Of a DNA stretch of 64,000 nucleotides, positions 38,766-51,599 are shown piece by piece. Origin of the DNA: Zygnema circumcarinatum SAG 698-1b (lineage: Eukaryota; Plantae; Zygnematophyceae). The notes beneath the pieces were generated by a model. The model saw nothing but the letters and a program-made list of their open reading frames with translations. It was not told where the DNA came from and ran no database searches. The DNA is taken from NCBI GenBank assembly GCA_037447605.1, contig CM074805.1, positions 4,063,361 through 4,127,360 on the forward strand, written 5' to 3'. How positions within the stretch are numbered: the stretch's first letter is position 1; every line of letters begins with the position of its first letter. The position numbers were made by a program, and so were the translations under genes.

Positions 38766-41700
38766 ATGGATTCCGCATGTCCGAGAGGAGGGGGAGCCAC
38801 GGAGACGAGTCAGCAGCGACGTGTGGCGATATTGCGGCGCCACCTGTCGTCTCTTCCTGCAGGTGTTGCCAAGATTCCTTGCCAGACATTTCACAGTTGA
38901 AGAATTCTCCGTGGCGTTGTCATGGAACGGGAAAGGTTCCCTTCTTGGACGGATTGCACAATAGCCGTTCAGCCTTTGACGTAATTCTGCGCAGTCTTGG
39001 CTGCTGTGCAGCTCAGCGACGCTCGGGCTTCAAGCTGTTTGCATATACATCATTGCATTTATCATATTCTTTGCATCCGGGCTTACATGTGTTCTAGAAT
39101 TTGGACGTCCTAATCTTTGCCTTTCAAGTCCATTGACTCAAGTAAGCTTCTCACTGTCCATTTAAAAGGCTTCCTTTAATAACGCTGAGAGTATTTCACG
39201 AAGGAATCTGCTGATCCGAGGAAAGAATCGAATTGATTCTTTCTTTAGCGTCTGTCAATTTTAAGATTATCATTCACAAATATTTGCAGCTTGCAAAGGG
39301 CACATATGGCGCATTGCTGCCTTGAGCTGCGCTTCGTCAGGCAGCTCCATGTAGCTGTTCAGGATTTTCTGAATCCTGCTATTTTGGAGCATTTTCACGC
39401 TTGTCGTTATTGAAATTACGTGCGTGTTTTGTGGCCATTTGCTTTTCTCCACCTAGCGAGGCAGACAGACTTACTTTAATTCCTTTCATAAAGCGACGAT
39501 TCAGCAGCAGTGTGATTGAAGGCAGTGGCAGGAATGCCGTCTCTTTCTCGGAAATTGTTATTAATGTGAAGTACAGGATGTACTTTTATTGCCAGAAAGT
39601 AGAAGTACGAAGGCGCCTATGCAGTCTTGCATGCCTTATCCTAATGGAAAACAATCATACGGCACATTTTTATAACATTTTTGCATTTGATTTTTAGTTT
39701 GGCTCGTTTTCTTCATACTGCACTCCTCGTGATTCATCATCAGTAGTTGCGCTATTGACCATAAAAATAGAACATAAAGCGCGCCGTATTACAGCTTGAG
39801 CTATGAAACCCTGAGCTGTAAATAAGGTACAAGCTTCTCGGTATTGATTTATTGATTTACCTCAGAGTTTTATAATTTGAATAGAACAAAGCAATGGTTC
39901 GCGAGCTTGGATGTTTTTGATTCGTAGAAAGGCCCATTGAAGTTTTGCATTCGTGTAGCATTTGCATATCCATAAACTCGCATGTTTCAGCTGACAGCCC
40001 TTCCTTCACGCATTTTAAAGCCGGCAGCAGCTCTTATGACCTAGAGCTATTGCTGTACCTTCCAGTGAAAGGCTAATGTTTAAAATTTGAAATCTCGCTC
40101 TTATCTCTACCTCTTGGATGAAGTGAGGACCACGAGGTTTAGACTGCGGCATGCAAACTTTACAGATTTACGATGCTGTCAAATCTTAAGCGGGCACGAA
40201 CTTTTGCCTTTTAGAGCTTTCAGTCCTTCACATGCATGCTCTAACAATCATGGTTTCGCAATGCAGGCGATGGAGTCATTGGCGAGATGCTTTCACGTGA
40301 ATGTACAGCCGGCGAGTTCTACAAGGGTAAGTGCTAATCATTAAAGAGAATTTTGGTGTAGGAGGTTCAATTGAGGGCAGTAGTTACGAGTTCGATGATC
40401 GGGATCCCTAGCGATTGATCTACCATGGGGAAAGTCGAAAATGTTTTTACCAACTTCATAGATAACGGATGTCCAGCAATCTCAGGGAGCAGTTAGAAGG
40501 GAAACCACAGCAAACCTTAGCAGAGGAGGTAGTGTTCGTTTTGCTGAGCTGACTAGGTTTTCAAATGATGTACCATCCACACCAAAGCTCAGTTTAACTA
40601 GACACCGCAATAAACTGGAAGGTAAGTCACAAAGAGCTCATTATATTTTGAAGTAAAACGCTTTAATCAATGTCGTAGTTGATGTGACGTCCCAATGTTT
40701 CTTCTCTTCATTAAGAATTGCCATATTCTAGGCCACGAGCATGTTGATGTAACAAGGTGGGGTCACTTACGTTGCTGCAGACGAAGGTTTCAGTGTGGTG
40801 CTGCCCGAGAAGTTGTCAGAAAACAAGTGGAACGTGTACAGGTGAATGAGTCTTTAGCATAAAGGCTGTTCAAAGGAGAGTCTTTTGTTTTCTGAAATGG
40901 ATTTTACAACTTGTTCGCGTACTTTATTTAGGAGCTGTTCTGCTGGATCATAAATGACGGAGACAAGTGTAACTAGGCAGTAGACAAGTGCGAGTTGGGA
41001 GAGTCTCGTACAGTGAAATGGTAGTTGGGAGGGTCACCATTTTTGTACCCAAGCTTAGGGATACAACTGTAGTGCGCATGTGCTGTGGAAAGGACAAGCA
41101 AACTGTTGTATCCAGCCTTCCTGGCCCTGTCGTGCTTGGCTCCATGCATTGACAGATCTGCAAGATCACCATACAAGCTGATCGACAGTTATCCTCAGAC
41201 ACACATAAGGACGGTCCATGACAATTTCGAGTAAGTAGTTCGCTCCTTTTGCTGCTCTTCGTATGCAGTTTAGTACTACATTGAAGCTTCCGCTATCGGC
41301 AAGATATATTATGAGGCAATTTTTGCTGTCCCTTTTGCTGCATTGGTGTTATTTCGGAGTGGTCATCCTCCAGCACTCAGGCATGTTTTTTAATCTTGTA
41401 GGTATGCCATTGAGACTTACACGAATGAACCATGCTTTGGAAGTCGTATTCGTCCCAATGGCACTGTTGGCAGGTAAGCAGTTTTGGGTGTTTCTTAAAT
41501 GATTCACGCAATTTTTGTCAGTGCACTGTTTGAAGTAAGGTGGTGTTAAGTTGCTTCATGGATTTCTATCTAGCGTTTGGTTCATCATTTGTGCACGCAA
41601 GAGCTTGGGTACGCTTACAGATAGTTTAAACCATTGCCAAACACTAGACAGCCTCAAGCATTCCCACTCGAATCAAGAAAATACAAACACAAGTACAGTA

Positions 41701-44700
41701 CGCGAGATTGAAATAAACTTAGTCACTGTCTTATCTGAGATACAATGCCGTTTATTATGTTTTTTTTTCCTTTCCTTTGTAGGAAGAAGCGGAAGAACTG
41801 GAGCATGCATTTGCAGTGGTTTCGACGTATGCCATGTATGGTAGTCATTTGAAACTAGTCTCAGATTTTTCTCACCCTGGGTTTTCCAGTTATCAGTGGA
41901 TGACCTACAACGAGGCCGGAGAATCTCGCACAGCTCTTGGGTCTGCCCTTGTTCATATGGGCCTTGAGAAGGTATGCTTCCCCCATTCCATACAGCAACT
42001 TATTCAATAAAAGTGCTGGAGGCTGTCTTCTTCTCACGTGCTCTTACATCTTCTCCCGTGCTCCTACATGTCCTCACATGCTTCCATATGCCCTCATATG
42101 CTCTTTCACGATTCACCATGTTCTCTGCTGATCTTGCATGCTGTCACATATTCTGACGCACTCTCAGCTGTTTTCACGTGCTCTCTCATACGTGATGTTG
42201 TGGGAATGGGCTTTCGAGACAGGGCGCAAGGGTGGGGCTGTACTTCATCAATCGCACTGAATGGATGATTACAGATCTTGCATGCATGGCATATGGCTTT
42301 GTGTCAGTGCCGCTCTATGACACCCTTGGTGAGTATACATTGACTAAGGAGGCTTGCTGAAACATAACTGTTAAATAATAGCTGTTAAACGGGTTTTCTG
42401 CATCCACAGAAGTCGGTGTGGTTCATTCCGGGAGCTAATGATGTTCTTTTCTGACCAAGGAGGAAGAGATGTGTGTGAAGTGTTTCTCTGAAGCCCCGTC
42501 ACTTGGATTTGTCCATATGATGCAGGTCCGGATGCAGTGCAATACATCATCAATCATGCGGAAATTTCAGTCATATTCTGCACTCGCGATAAGCTGCACA
42601 CAGTAGGTATTTATATCCTGGCCGGTTTTTTCCAGGGAGCAGCAGGCTGATACAGCAGAATGTTTGCGAGAGATAAGAAGACAAGACAGATAAGTTGGAG
42701 CCCACCATCCTCAGCCACGTTTGGCCTGTGAACTGGGAGGTTTAAAGATGTGAGTTTTGTCCCCTTTCCTCCTTCTTTTTGCAGGTGATGGACAGTTTGG
42801 TGGAATGCCCTTCAGTGCACACGGTGGTGGTGAGTGCTGAATCCTACTTCAAAATGAAATCTACATAAAAAAACTGTAAACACTGAAGACTAGTTACGAG
42901 ATGATGATTGTGAAACATTGGCTGAGCCTTCTGATTGCCCTGTGGTTGGAATTTGACCCTGGCAGGTGATTGGCGGAAATGAGCAGCTATTGCCAATTGT
43001 CAGCTCTAAAGCAAATGTCACGTACATCTCCTACACCAAGCTTGAGGCTCAGGTATTCCTTGTCCCTACCTTGGAATAGTACAGCACAGGAGGATGCAGA
43101 TGCTCGACTTTAGTTTATCTATTCCTTACTTTCCTTTGTATACTTCCATATGGAAATCTTTGCACAATGCAGGTCCCTGCAAGTTGATCAAACAAAAGGA
43201 CACTTTCTGTCAGCTAAACGGCGATGATGGAGCGGCTTACTATTGGCTGTGCAAAGGAAGGCAATGGCTTAGCCCAATACTGCATGTCTGACTTAATAAA
43301 CTGCTCTTATGCTCTTATCTGGGGTTCAGGGCCGTGGAAACCCTTGTCCATTCTCGCCTTCAGAACCGAACGAGCTTGTGAGCATATGCTATACGAGCGG
43401 GACTACCGGTGTGCCCAAGGTCAGTGCAAGCTGAGAATTGGAGCAAGAAGACGGCTGTGAGGAAGGTCACTAAGCAAACCAGTTAAGCAGTTTTAAGGGC
43501 TTTGTGGGCTCTTTAGTTTTTCTTTGATTGAATTGACTTGCTGGTCGTTGGGCTGTAGGGAGCGATGCTGACTCATCGGAGTATTGTTGCCAGCTCAGCA
43601 GGAGCTTGCCATGGAGCCATCATCTGTCCCGGAGATGTGTGAGTGCTATGTCAGATTCACTCACAAGCAGGGCCGTAAATGCGGGTTTTTAGTAGGATAA
43701 AGGACCGGTCGCTTTCTGAGATGTAACAGTCTCATGTACCATTCATGCTCGTATATGGTCCTGCTTACCGCGGTTGAATTGTTTCTGTAAGAAGACGAGC
43801 CTCCTAGGGGAAGTGTTGGAACTCTCACACTGGAGAGTGGTCTAAGAGAGGGAGGTTTTGCCACTTCCGCTTGGCTGAGAAAGGTGATTGGATGGAAAGC
43901 TGATCTCCATGGAATTCTGAACTTGCAGGCACCTCTCGTATTTGCCGTTAGCGCACATATATGAAAAGCTGAACGTGATTTCCCTCATCCATTTTGGGGC
44001 AGCCATTGGGTTCTACCAGGGAGTAAGTGCTTTGCATTTGAGGAAAGGGCTTCAAAGCTGTATAGTGTCTGTTCCGGAAACAAAAGGTGTTTGCCAGTTG
44101 AACAACAATGATAAAGATGCTGTCGACATTGGAGAGACGGGATTTCTAGGAAGTTTGAATGCTGCTGTTCAAGGTCAAGCACTTGTGGGAAGCAGGGCTG
44201 AGTTTTGCATGGTATTGCTTGGACAGGATGTGCTGAAAATAATGGATGACCTCGATGAGCTCAAGCCCACAATATTTGCGAGTGTGCCCCGCCTATATAA
44301 CCGCATCTATGATCGAATTATGGCCACTATAAAGACATCCGGCGGTCTCCGCGAGTATCTTTTTAATGTTGCATTCAATGCGAAAAGGCAGGCACTGGAA
44401 AAGGGTATGAAGCCTCCCCTCTTTGCCGCTCTAAATTCTTTTGCTGCATTTATTCACTCATTAGTCATTCATTCATCCTTGTTCAAAATCCTGGAAGCAG
44501 GAAAGCATTTCCAACAGTCATATGTATGTATCTATACCTTTGGGACTCATAAGGAGTGGTAGTGTTATGCAGGGAAGACTCCCTCCCCTGTTTGGGACCG
44601 TTTGGTGTTCAACAAGATCAAAGCGCGATTGGGGGGTCGAGTCAGGGTGATGATTACGGGAGCTTCTCCGATCTCGCAAGAGGTTTTCGACTTTTTGAAA

Positions 44701-47661
44701 ATGTGTGTATGACTGCTTCTTGTGGTGGCCTGCTTTTGATTATTTGGATGTTGTGTTACTGGCCCTGCCAGTCTCACGTGAGGTTCTCTTCCAAAGGTGA
44801 TTTCAATCATTGTTGAAAGCTTAGCCAGAGTTTGACTCACAATGTGGAAAATGAATCTATCTGTCTGTTCCTTTCTGTCTCCTTTTTTGCAGTTGTTTTG
44901 GAGCAAGGGTGGTGGAAGGATATGGCATGACGGAGACAACTTGTACCATCACATCCATGGATGAAACCGACAACACTTCCGGGCATGTGGGTTCACCAAG
45001 TCCAGCTTGTGGTAAGCTTCTAGACAGAAATATCTTCTGAAAGTGGTGGGTGCATGAATTTCAAGACAGCTATACTATCGAAGAGTATTTTCTAGGACTT
45101 TCATAGGCTTAGCAGCATTTGCTTTCAGTAGTACTGGACGCATAGGCAAAAACTAAGTCCTAAACGGAGCGGAGGCTCAAAGGTCTTGTAGAGTTTGGTG
45201 CTAAAGCTGGACGATTCTATTTTGTCATTTGCGATTGTCAGAGGTGAAGCTGGCGGATGTACTGGAGATGGAGTATATGTCGACAGATCGACCAAACCCT
45301 CGCGGAGAGATTTGTGTTCGAGGGCCAATCCTCTTCAAAGGTTACTATAAGGATGAGGCTCAAACGTAAGGAATAATCACCAGCCTTCTTCAGCAACAAA
45401 GAGACCAGAAGGCTTCGGGAAGGGGGAGGGAGTGGGGAGGGGACGGGACGGAGGGCAGGGGGGTAGAAATTTTATGCTCTGAAGGGAGAATGCTATACCA
45501 ACTGCGAATTGTGCTTGGCTCTCTGACTGATGTGAATGTGATAACTTATCCATCTTAAAAGTGGACCTGCATCTTGTAATGGATCAATATGTGACCTCTT
45601 TCTGGTCGTTGCATCCTTGCTTTGCTGAGATGCAGTCGGGACATTATCGACTCGGAAGGTTGGCTCCATACTGGAGACATTGGGATGTGGCTTCCTGGAG
45701 GGCGTCTGAAGATAATTGATAGGTAAGCAGGAGAGGTGCTCTAGTGAAGCTTTGATCCTTGTTACTTTGGCTTTCTGCAAGAGCATGTAAATATCCCGTT
45801 TGGTAGTCCTACCTATAGTCTAATAGTTGCAGATGCCTATCATGTATGTCATCCCAACGTTGAGCCCCTTCAAACCCTTCATCGGGAGGTAAATTCCACC
45901 TGTTAAGCAAGGCCGTCTATTCTGCTTCGACTTTTGACATTTGGAGCTTGATAAAGAGGAAGGATTGGCTTACTGTTACCTTTTTCTATGTTTTCTATGC
46001 CGATTGGGCAAGACAGAAAAAAGAACATCTTCAAGCTGGCACAGGGAGAGTACATCGCCCCGGAGAAAATAGAGAATGTCTACCAGAAGAGCCCCTTCAT
46101 TGCTCAGAGCTTCGTGCACGGTGAGAACAGCATTAGGAGGGACTACCCGGAAAGCCAAGAAGCAAAGCAAGTATTATATTGAATTAGTCTACTCGATCAG
46201 CATTAAAGTTTGATGTAAAGTACTGTGGAATCAGCACCAGTGGCTACAGCATGCGTAACCATGTTTTGCTTGTTGATTTTAACAATATGTGCAAGAACGT
46301 GCATGCATGTGAGATCTGCTGTCAGAGAGCAGCCTGAAGACAACAGGAGGTTGACATAATGATGAATTCAACTCATACCTTTCTTGTAGCGACAGTTCTA
46401 ATGCTTTGTTCACCCCCTGTGTTTCTGCATGCAGGAGACAGCCTTAACTCGAATCTGGTGGCTGTTGTGGTCCTTGATCCGGAGGCAACTATAGCATGGG
46501 CAAGAAGCCGAGGCATCCCGGTAATGCATGTGCAAAGCTATCGTTTGCAAGGATTTCCCTCTCTGTCGAGCATTAGGCTAGTTAGAGGCACGAGCAAGTT
46601 TTCATAATGGACGTTAAAGACGAAACTAACGACCAAAGTATGGTCATAAGTGGAGTTTCTAGTCGTCTATCACTTTGTGTTGAGGTAGGTGTTCAAATGT
46701 GGATCAAGTATATAGGCCTCATGTTTTGGAATGGCTTTCTTCCATGGTAGGTCGTGCAAACTCCTGTTCTGCCTTCTAGGGCACTTGTCTTATAGGGAGT
46801 TTACGTTTTAATAACAGATAGTAGAAGTGGAAAAACTCCCTCGTCGAATGTTCTAGTTCATTCATTTGATGGATTGATTTTCATTTTTTGACACGTCATT
46901 GTGGGTTTGTTTTGGGGATCTGTTTGATGAATACCCTCAGCATGCAGAAGACTTGCAGCAGCTTTCCGTTGACCCGGTGACGAAGGCGGCGGTGCTGGCG
47001 GATATGGACAAAGTGGCGGAAGAAGCAAAGGTACTTCATTCATTCCTAATTGCGTTCTGAACTTAAGTCTCGTGGCAAGCAATCGATGTAATTTTTCTTT
47101 CCTTTTTGTTGAAGACATTGCTTAAGCTTTGGTGTGCTACAAGGAAGGACTGAGAAGCTGTCTGTATGGTGAAACTCATAGACCAACACTGCAGCGTGAA
47201 CCAGCCATAGTGCTTCTAACTGTGTTTGCAATAACTAACACTCTGCATCTTTCCGCAGCTCCGGGGATTTGAGTATGTGAAGAACGTGCACTTGGTGGCA
47301 GAGCCCTTCACACTCGAAAACGGTCTTTTGACGCCCACATTTAAGGTGCGTAGGGCAAAACGAGAAAATTGAAGGAATTCAGATTTTTCTTGTGAAGATT
47401 TTATGACTCAAGAATGATGCATCTTGGAGGTAGTTCTTTAGCCAGTGATGTTAAGAAGAAAAGTACCAGTGGAGGAGTTGGAGGAGCGAAGTGTTCTAAG
47501 GACTAGGAGGTGATTGACAACGAAGAGTCTTCTCCCGCGGGTATGGCATGCAGATCAAGAGGCCGCAAGCCAAAGCGTTTTTTGAGAAGGAGATACTGCG
47601 AATGTATGACGAACTGAAGCAGCAGGAATCTTCCGCGAGACCGGGAGTGGCCAAGTTGTGA
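38766..47661 (+). CDS. LACS: Peroxisomal long-chain acyl-CoA synthetase (LACS6/7 type), many exons
   Basis: Exon 1 (38766-38862) carries the PTS2 RVAILRRHL. Downstream motifs: [126 protein letters not shown]. The C-terminus is AKL* (PTS1). Confidence 0.95.
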
Positions 47662-48618
47662 GAGAAAGAGAAAGAGAAAAGGGAGGAAAGGGAGGGAGAG
47701 AGAGGGCAAGGACGAAGAGTTAGCGTGTACTGTACAGGTGATGCACGAGGAGCTCTCCCTCTCCATCTCCCTCTGTGTGAGTGGGGCCGGTTGCTCTTTG
47801 TTTGGCCGAACGGTTGAACTATTTTCTGAGGGATGAGACAAATGGTGGGAACGCAAACCCTTATTGTGAAAAAAAGAAGGAAACGAAGAAGAAAAAGAAA
47901 AAAAAAGAAAGACGTCCTCTCTGTTCGGGCTCACCCGCATGGCTCTCTGAAGGCTCTCCCTATGATTGCCGGTTCTGAAGGCGAGTGTGATGTCCATGTC
48001 CGTGTCATGTAAACGGCTGCACTTACTGTGTGGGGTTCTAGGTTGCTTTTCCACAGTATGGCATGTCAATTTGAGAGAGTACTACCTAGCTCGAACTCCT
48101 TGGCTATCGAGTTGGAAAGAGACACCAAAATCCGAAGGGAAAAGAAGAACTTCATGATTTACATTAGTTGCGCCCAATATCTCTTGTTGCCCTTTTCCTC
48201 GTCCAACCCTCCTCAGTTTTCACCTCGGTACAAGCAACATACGATGATGTTCCTAGAGTCAGCGATAGTGGCAGCAACAAAAAGTGATGAGGGAAAAAGT
48301 CATCCGTTGAGTACAGCTGTAAACGTTACAAGTGCTAGAATTTGGGCCTAAGAAGTCTGCCAGCCCATCCTGGTCCTAACTTACCACACTACCAAAGATA
48401 ACGATCGGTTTTCCCCAAAAAACTGAGCCTCAAAAACTCTGATGTCAACAGCTACAAAAGCTAAAGCTACAAAAGTTGTGACGCTAGAAACCCTTAATCG
48501 AGTACAAACCCGCATATGTACATCCCTGCAACAAGAGATTTGACCAGTGACTTGACCATTCGATTTCACAAGGCAGTGAGCTGCTACTCTTGCGGAGCTT
48601 GCAAGCCCATTTGTTGCC

Positions 48619-49701
48619 TCAGTCCTGCAAGGACGCCGACTTCTTCATCCGTTCCCTCTCCCTGCCGTCCTGTTGAGCTCTGCCTGCTCTGGTGCGTCTA
48701 GGAAACCCTGGTGAGGGCTCGAATTTGAAAAATCCTACAAGGAGCTGCAATAGAAACAGGTGGTGCAAAAAAGTTCCTTAGACAAGCCTTGATTAATGAA
48801 CTGGCTCGGTCCTTTTCAAATCGTAAACGACTAAGTGCAAGTTGAGAAGCAACAGTTGGCGTCAGCAATGAAATGAACTTCATTGGTTCCTGTCCCCGAC
48901 GAAACGACTCAAGTATTTTTCAATCTTGTTCACATGCATGCATGATCTGGCACAGGCTTATCTAAACTGAGTCATATCGAGACAAACCTCAAAAATCACA
49001 AATAAGGGAGTCATCAGGAGTGCCTGAGCAACATTATCCAGCAGAGCAGGAGCACGGCCCTGCAAGTTCCAAGTTCAAGAATGAAAGTCAGAATAAAAGA
49101 AGTCACTAGTCGCCAGCAATAAACGCACTTGCTCTGTGCTTTTGCAAACAACCTGTAAACGGCGAACAACAGTGGCAATTCCTCACTGCACATGATTTGC
49201 TCATCCTTGTTTCATCAGAATGGAGAAGTCCTTCGTCTCTCGAGTACCAATAAGCAATACTTAAACTGAACGAGGTTGAAATTCAACTGTTTTCCATACC
49301 TCGAAAACGTTACGGCCGAGAAATTGACCCATCCAACTTGTTGCATGGAGGACTAAAGCCACCTGCATGAGAACACAATAGCCAGCAAACTTCTTGTTAG
49401 TTTATTCACTCTGCACTCCTTTTGCCGGCATCCTCATGAGCTTAACTGCCAGTTTTCGATGCCGAGTTTTGAAGTCAAGCTTCTTAGTAGGCAATGTGCA
49501 TGAAACGATCCCAAGCAGTATCTTCCCTTTCTTGCCAAATGAAATTCTCGTAAATTCAGGTTCCCCCATGCAATTCTGAAGCATTCCTAATAAATTGGGT
49601 GTGAAACAGTTAGTCCGCTTATGGCCGCTACTAAGATACCAAAACTGGAAAGAGTAAAATCTCGTTTTCTCTCCCTACACCCCCTTCCCTCTCTCTCTCT
49701 G

Positions 49702-49732
<31 letters not shown>

Positions 49733-50112
49733 GCTTTCGTATGAAATCGCAGGCCTTAAAATCTCACCTTCCACGCCAGATCTCTGCCAAGATGATCGAC
49801 AAATGCATTGGCAGCTACCCAGCCAGTCAGAGCAAAAATGCTGCCAAGCCATCCCACTCTGGTGTCCAAAGTGATGAAATAAAAGGCGTAAAAGGCGGCC
49901 AAGAAGAAGGAAAAGTTGAACACCACGAATTCGTGCCCGGGAAAAGGCCCAAACGGAAGCGGCGTGGGCAAGAACGCAGGCGTGTACGTGCAAAACACGA
50001 GCGCACTGAACAGTATGGGCCATACAAAGATCATATGAATCGCCACGTTCATCTTACTATTGTAATACCCAGAGTAAAAGGCCAACTGCTCGTCCAAATC
50101 CAACAAGCTCAT
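48619..50112 (-). CDS. DUF962/Mpo1-like (2-hydroxy fatty acid dioxygenase family) membrane protein, 4 exons; may extend to ATG 50337, 50505 or 50637
   Basis: MSLLDLDEQLAFYSGYYNSKMNVAIHMIFVWPILF...|...WMGQFLGRNVFE|GRAPALLDNVAQALLMTPLFVIFE|LL...FEPSPGF... matches the family (LLDL...FY..YH.N..N..IH..FVWP; GQF.GHG.FEKRAPALLDN). Exons 50112-49768, 49362-49300, ~49060-48990 and ~48747-48619. Confidence 0.88.
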
Positions 50113-51599
50113 GTCCTCTTCGTTGCTCGCAGCAGCTGCCGCCAAACGCTTGTTTCCAGACTGCTCTGAATCCAAGGGCCCAGCCCTGTATGGAGGAAGT
50201 CTGGGCAGCAATCTGAACTTAGGTTTTGGGAAATTGCTCGCGCTTCCAAACCTGCGGAGCGGCTTGTCCTTGCCTGAGGAAGAAGACGACGCAAACGACG
50301 AGCCTGAAATGACGCGCTCCAGATTATTCTGTTTCATCAAGCATAAAATGTGTCTCGAACTCAAACTTTGGCTACCGCAGCTGCACTGCAACTTTCTCCC
50401 TCCCGTCTGGGCCGCAGCGTGAGCTCGTCCAAGCAGCGCTACAAGCTCCTCTGTGGCGAGAAATGCGGGCTTTGCAGACGTATACGCTCTCCAGGGATGC
50501 GCCATGGCGAGCGAGCTCAGGCCGCCATGGCCGGCCAAGGAGACGGTGGGGAGCCAGGCGCTGCCCGGAGCCGCCACGTGGCGCTGCCGTCCTCCCGCGT
50601 GGCCGTCTGCTCGCCCGCGGCCGGCGATGGGACTCATCCGCTGCCGGATTTCGCAGATTTCTTGAACTGAACGGTAACTTTGGCTGTGAATTAGAAAAGT
50701 CACATGTGTATTCGTACAGTTATTCGTGCGTAACTTCGTTATATGTAGAGCGTGTGAGCGTTAGTCAGAAGTTAATCACTGTACGGTCATAAGGAGACGT
50801 TCGCGTGGCCGGGCGGTCCAGGAGGTTTCACAGGTCGGAACAATGGTTGGACCGGCAACCATGGGATGTCCAGCGGTTCGCAACCCTTTGCCAATGGTCG
50901 CAACCATTGGCAACGGTTAACAGTCAGACCGACGGTTGGTCCCATGGTTGGTCCGCTCAGCGCGCCCCGTCTCGATCCGTTTGACCCGGCCAGGGTCCCG
51001 CCGGCAGGCAGCCGGTCAGCCAGTCAGCCGCCAACGGTTGGCCGCCCTTCGGCGCCGTTGCGACGAGAGGGCCCCGTGCACTCTCCCTGGCTTTCTACTC
51101 TCTCTCTCTTCTCTCTCTCTTCTTATCTTCTCTCTCTCTTCTCCGTCTCTCTCCATTGTGACTTTAGGAAGGGGCCGGTTGCGGGGCGGGTCGCATCCTT
51201 GACACGAGCCGCGGCGCCTGAACTGAGGGAGGGGAGGAGGGGGGGGGGGAGGGAGGGAGGGAGGGAGGGAGGGAGGGAGGGAGGGAGGGAGGCAGGGATG
51301 CAGAGAGGGAGGGAGGGGGAGATTTTGCAACCCTGAGGCCTCCTAACACGGGAGGTCAGCCTTGCATGCATGCTGCCGAGAAACTACCTCTGCGGGTTGA
51401 ATCTGGGGCCGCATTCTGCTGAACCTGGACCTTTAACCTGCTGGATTTTTCATCACTTGCCAAGCTAAATTTAATCAGGTTGATGGCTTCCGAGATTGAA
51501 ATTCCTAGAGTGTACTACTAGGGATAGCCGTAAAAGTATTTTTCGATTTTATAATTTGTTCTAAAAATAGGGCCACTTTCATAACACTTTTATACCAAT

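Noticed and set aside
38766-50112. LACS plus Mpo1-like as a fatty-acid oxidation gene cluster
   Set aside because: They are only two convergent neighbours with different predicted compartments, there is no co-regulation evidence, and the Mpo1-like protein lacks conserved His residues.
49621-50169. 182 aa plus-strand ORF
   Set aside because: It is antisense to Mpo1-like exon 1.
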